Source of the DNA: Acidimicrobiaceae bacterium
GTDB lineage: Bacteria > Actinomycetota > Acidimicrobiia > Acidimicrobiales > JACDCH01
Length of the DNA stretch: 24,000 bases
Reading direction: 5' to 3'
Assembly (NCBI GenBank): GCA_041166385.1
Contig: JBEEFW010000101.1
Span: 27,414-51,413, forward strand
In this document: piece by piece, positions 22,680 to 24,000 of the stretch
Position numbering within the stretch: position 1 is the first letter of the stretch
How the letters are laid out: the number at the start of each line of letters is the position of its first letter
Position numbers and translations under genes: made by a program
The notes under the pieces: model-generated
The model's input: only the letters and a program-made list of their open reading frames with translations
Told to the model about the DNA's origin: nothing
Databases searched by the model: none

Positions 22680-23887
22680 TGGCGCCCGAGGGCCTCGGCC
22701 AGCTGGTGGATGAACGGGCCGACATCGGTGACGATGCCGAGCGCTTGATGGCTACCGCGATCGGCGAGCTTGGTGACGACCGCCTGGTTGATGTCCACGC
22801 AGAACGTCTCCACTCCAGCCGGTAAGAGGTTCCCGGTAGCGATGGCGTGCAGCGTCGACGCGAGCATCAGCGCGACGGACACTCCCGGCACCAATTCGCG
22901 CATCGCGTCGGCCGCTTCCACGACGTTGGCCAGCGTGTCGGGTAGCGGGCCGTCGTCGCGCACCGAACCACCGAGAACGAAGGGCACGCCCCGCCGCACG
23001 CACTCGTACATCGCACCACCGGTCACGAAGCCTGCTTCGACCGCCGCGGCGATCGAGCCGTGACGGCGGATCTCGTTGATGACCCGCAAGTGGTTGGAGT
23101 GGCCGTGCTCGACAGGAGTGCCCTCGGCGACCGACACACCGAGTGACGTGCCGAGCACGTTCGACTCCATGTCGTGCGTGGCGAAGCCGTTGCCCGCGAA
23201 CAGCACGTCGATCCAGCCCTCGCGCACGAGCCGAGCGATGTCGGGCGCGCCGCCGGTGTGCACCACCGCCGGCCCGCACACGGCCAGGATCTTCCCTCCG
23301 TCGTCCTTCGCAGCCCGGATGCGTTGAACCACCTGGGCGATGAGCAACGACTTCGGCTTCTCCGAGGAGACGTCTGAATTCATGAACTCGAAGTTGCGCA
23401 CGTCGCGCGACCGCGACGGTGCGTGCACCCTCACGCCATCGAAGCCGACGACGACGTGGTCGCCCGTGACGGCCCTGTGCATCGCCATCGTGCGGACGGC
23501 CGCATCGGTGACGACGATCCCGCAGTCCATCTCGGGGTTCTCCACGGGGCGCCAGTGCCCAGCGACGCGCACGTCGGTGGCGAGGTTCGTCGTCGAATAG
23601 AAGCCCTCCGGCAGGACCCCGTCGCGGTCGCAGGCGACGAGCTTGGCATCGCCGTGTGCCGTGCGGTTGACCCCGTGCACTTGCAACTGCTCGAGCAGCG
23701 AGTCGAGCAAGGCATCGTCCTGCGCGCTGATCTCGATCGTCGTTCGGCTGGGATCGACGTTGGTCTTCCCGAGCTGGAACGCCTCGATGCGGTAGTCGGC
23801 ACCCGACTCCACGATGAGGTCGAGCACCTTGGCCAGCAACAGGGAGTCGACGATGTGGCCCTCGAGCTCCACGACCTCGGTCGGCAT
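22676..23887 (-). CDS. TIGR00300-family LOR/SDH-like protein (archaeal-type ornithine cyclodeaminase-like)
   Basis: VVELEGHIVDSLLLAKVLDLIVESGADYRIEAFQLGK matches the LOR/SDH conserved N-domain and is followed by a Rossmann-like region. Start is ATG 23887. The track start 23998 is an Arg/Ser-rich extension. Confidence 0.8.
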   Translation of the reverse strand: MPTEVVELEGHIVDSLLLAKVLDLIVESGADYRIEAFQLGKTNVDPSRTTIEISAQDDALLDSLLEQLQVHGVNRTAHGDAKLVACDRDGVLPEGFYSTTNLATDVRVAGHWRPVENPEMDCGIVVTDAAVRTMAMHRAVTGDHVVVGFDGVRVHAPSRSRDVRNFEFMNSDVSSEKPKSLLIAQVVQRIRAAKDDGGKILAVCGPAVVHTGGAPDIARLVREGWIDVLFAGNGFATHDMESNVLGTSLGVSVAEGTPVEHGHSNHLRVINEIRRHGSIAAAVEAGFVTGGAMYECVRRGVPFVLGGSVRDDGPLPDTLANVVEAADAMRELVPGVSVALMLASTLHAIATGNLLPAGVETFCVDINQAVVTKLADRGSHQALGIVTDVGPFIHQLAEALGRQ

Positions 23888-23897
23888 GGAGCGCAGA

Positions 23898-24000
23898 CTA
23901 AGAGGTCGTGTCGTCGGTTGCTGACGCGATGACCACCTCGTCGGCCCCCACCGTGGGTTCCGGCTTGAACCGCCCGCGCCGCTCGTCGTAGATGTCACGG
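23898..24000 (-). CDS. 3' end of an unidentified gene (partial; start lies beyond the window end)
   Basis: Hand translation of the minus strand from 23999 gives RDIYDERRGRFKPEPTVGADEVVIASATDDTTS, then TAG (23900-23898), with mostly G/C third positions. It ends 10 nt before the next gene's ATG. Too short to assign a family. Confidence 0.35.
   Translation of the reverse strand, partial: RDIYDERRGRFKPEPTVGADEVVIASATDDTTS

Overview
This is a high-GC, very gene-dense chromosomal segment that looks like Actinomycetota. The signs are fbiD (F420 biosynthesis), an Rv1855c-type LLM oxidoreductase, a PIG-L/LmbE deacetylase, WS/DGAT, many GTG/TTG starts and many 4-8 nt start/stop overlaps. I can support 25 protein-coding genes, two of them partial at the window edges. 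I see no rRNA, tRNA, CRISPR array, integrase or transposase. From left to right the genes are: MOSC protein (partial), WS/DGAT, two small unknowns, a coupled fbiD / PIG-L / stand-alone NuoF-like operon, a DUF559 endonuclease-like gene, a coupled gpsA / GH15-like / class III adenylate cyclase operon, an F420-type LLM oxidoreductase, GH38 alpha-mannosidase, a short C69-type Ntn hydrolase, an ABC1/UbiB kinase, a GYD protein, a small SH3-like unknown, an ABM protein, selD, rnhB, an acyl-CoA dehydrogenase, a small membrane protein, and a coupled TIGR00300 (LOR/SDH-like) plus amidinotransferase-fold pair. Most of this is ordinary core metabolism. The points most worth a second look are these. (1) The DUF559 gene has atypical codon usage. 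It sits between fbiD and gpsA and is bracketed by a ~59-bp repeat whose hairpin core is inverted between the two copies. (2) The two-gene pair reproduces the domain content of cyanobacterial ArgZ/AgrE (arginine dihydrolase plus ornithine cyclodeaminase). (3) fbiD is translationally coupled to a PIG-L deacetylase and an orphan NuoF-like flavo-FeS protein. (4) selD has no visible selenium-utilisation partner. (5) There are two long perfect palindromes and a repeat-rich non-coding gap. All functional calls come from motif recognition by eye. No database search was run.
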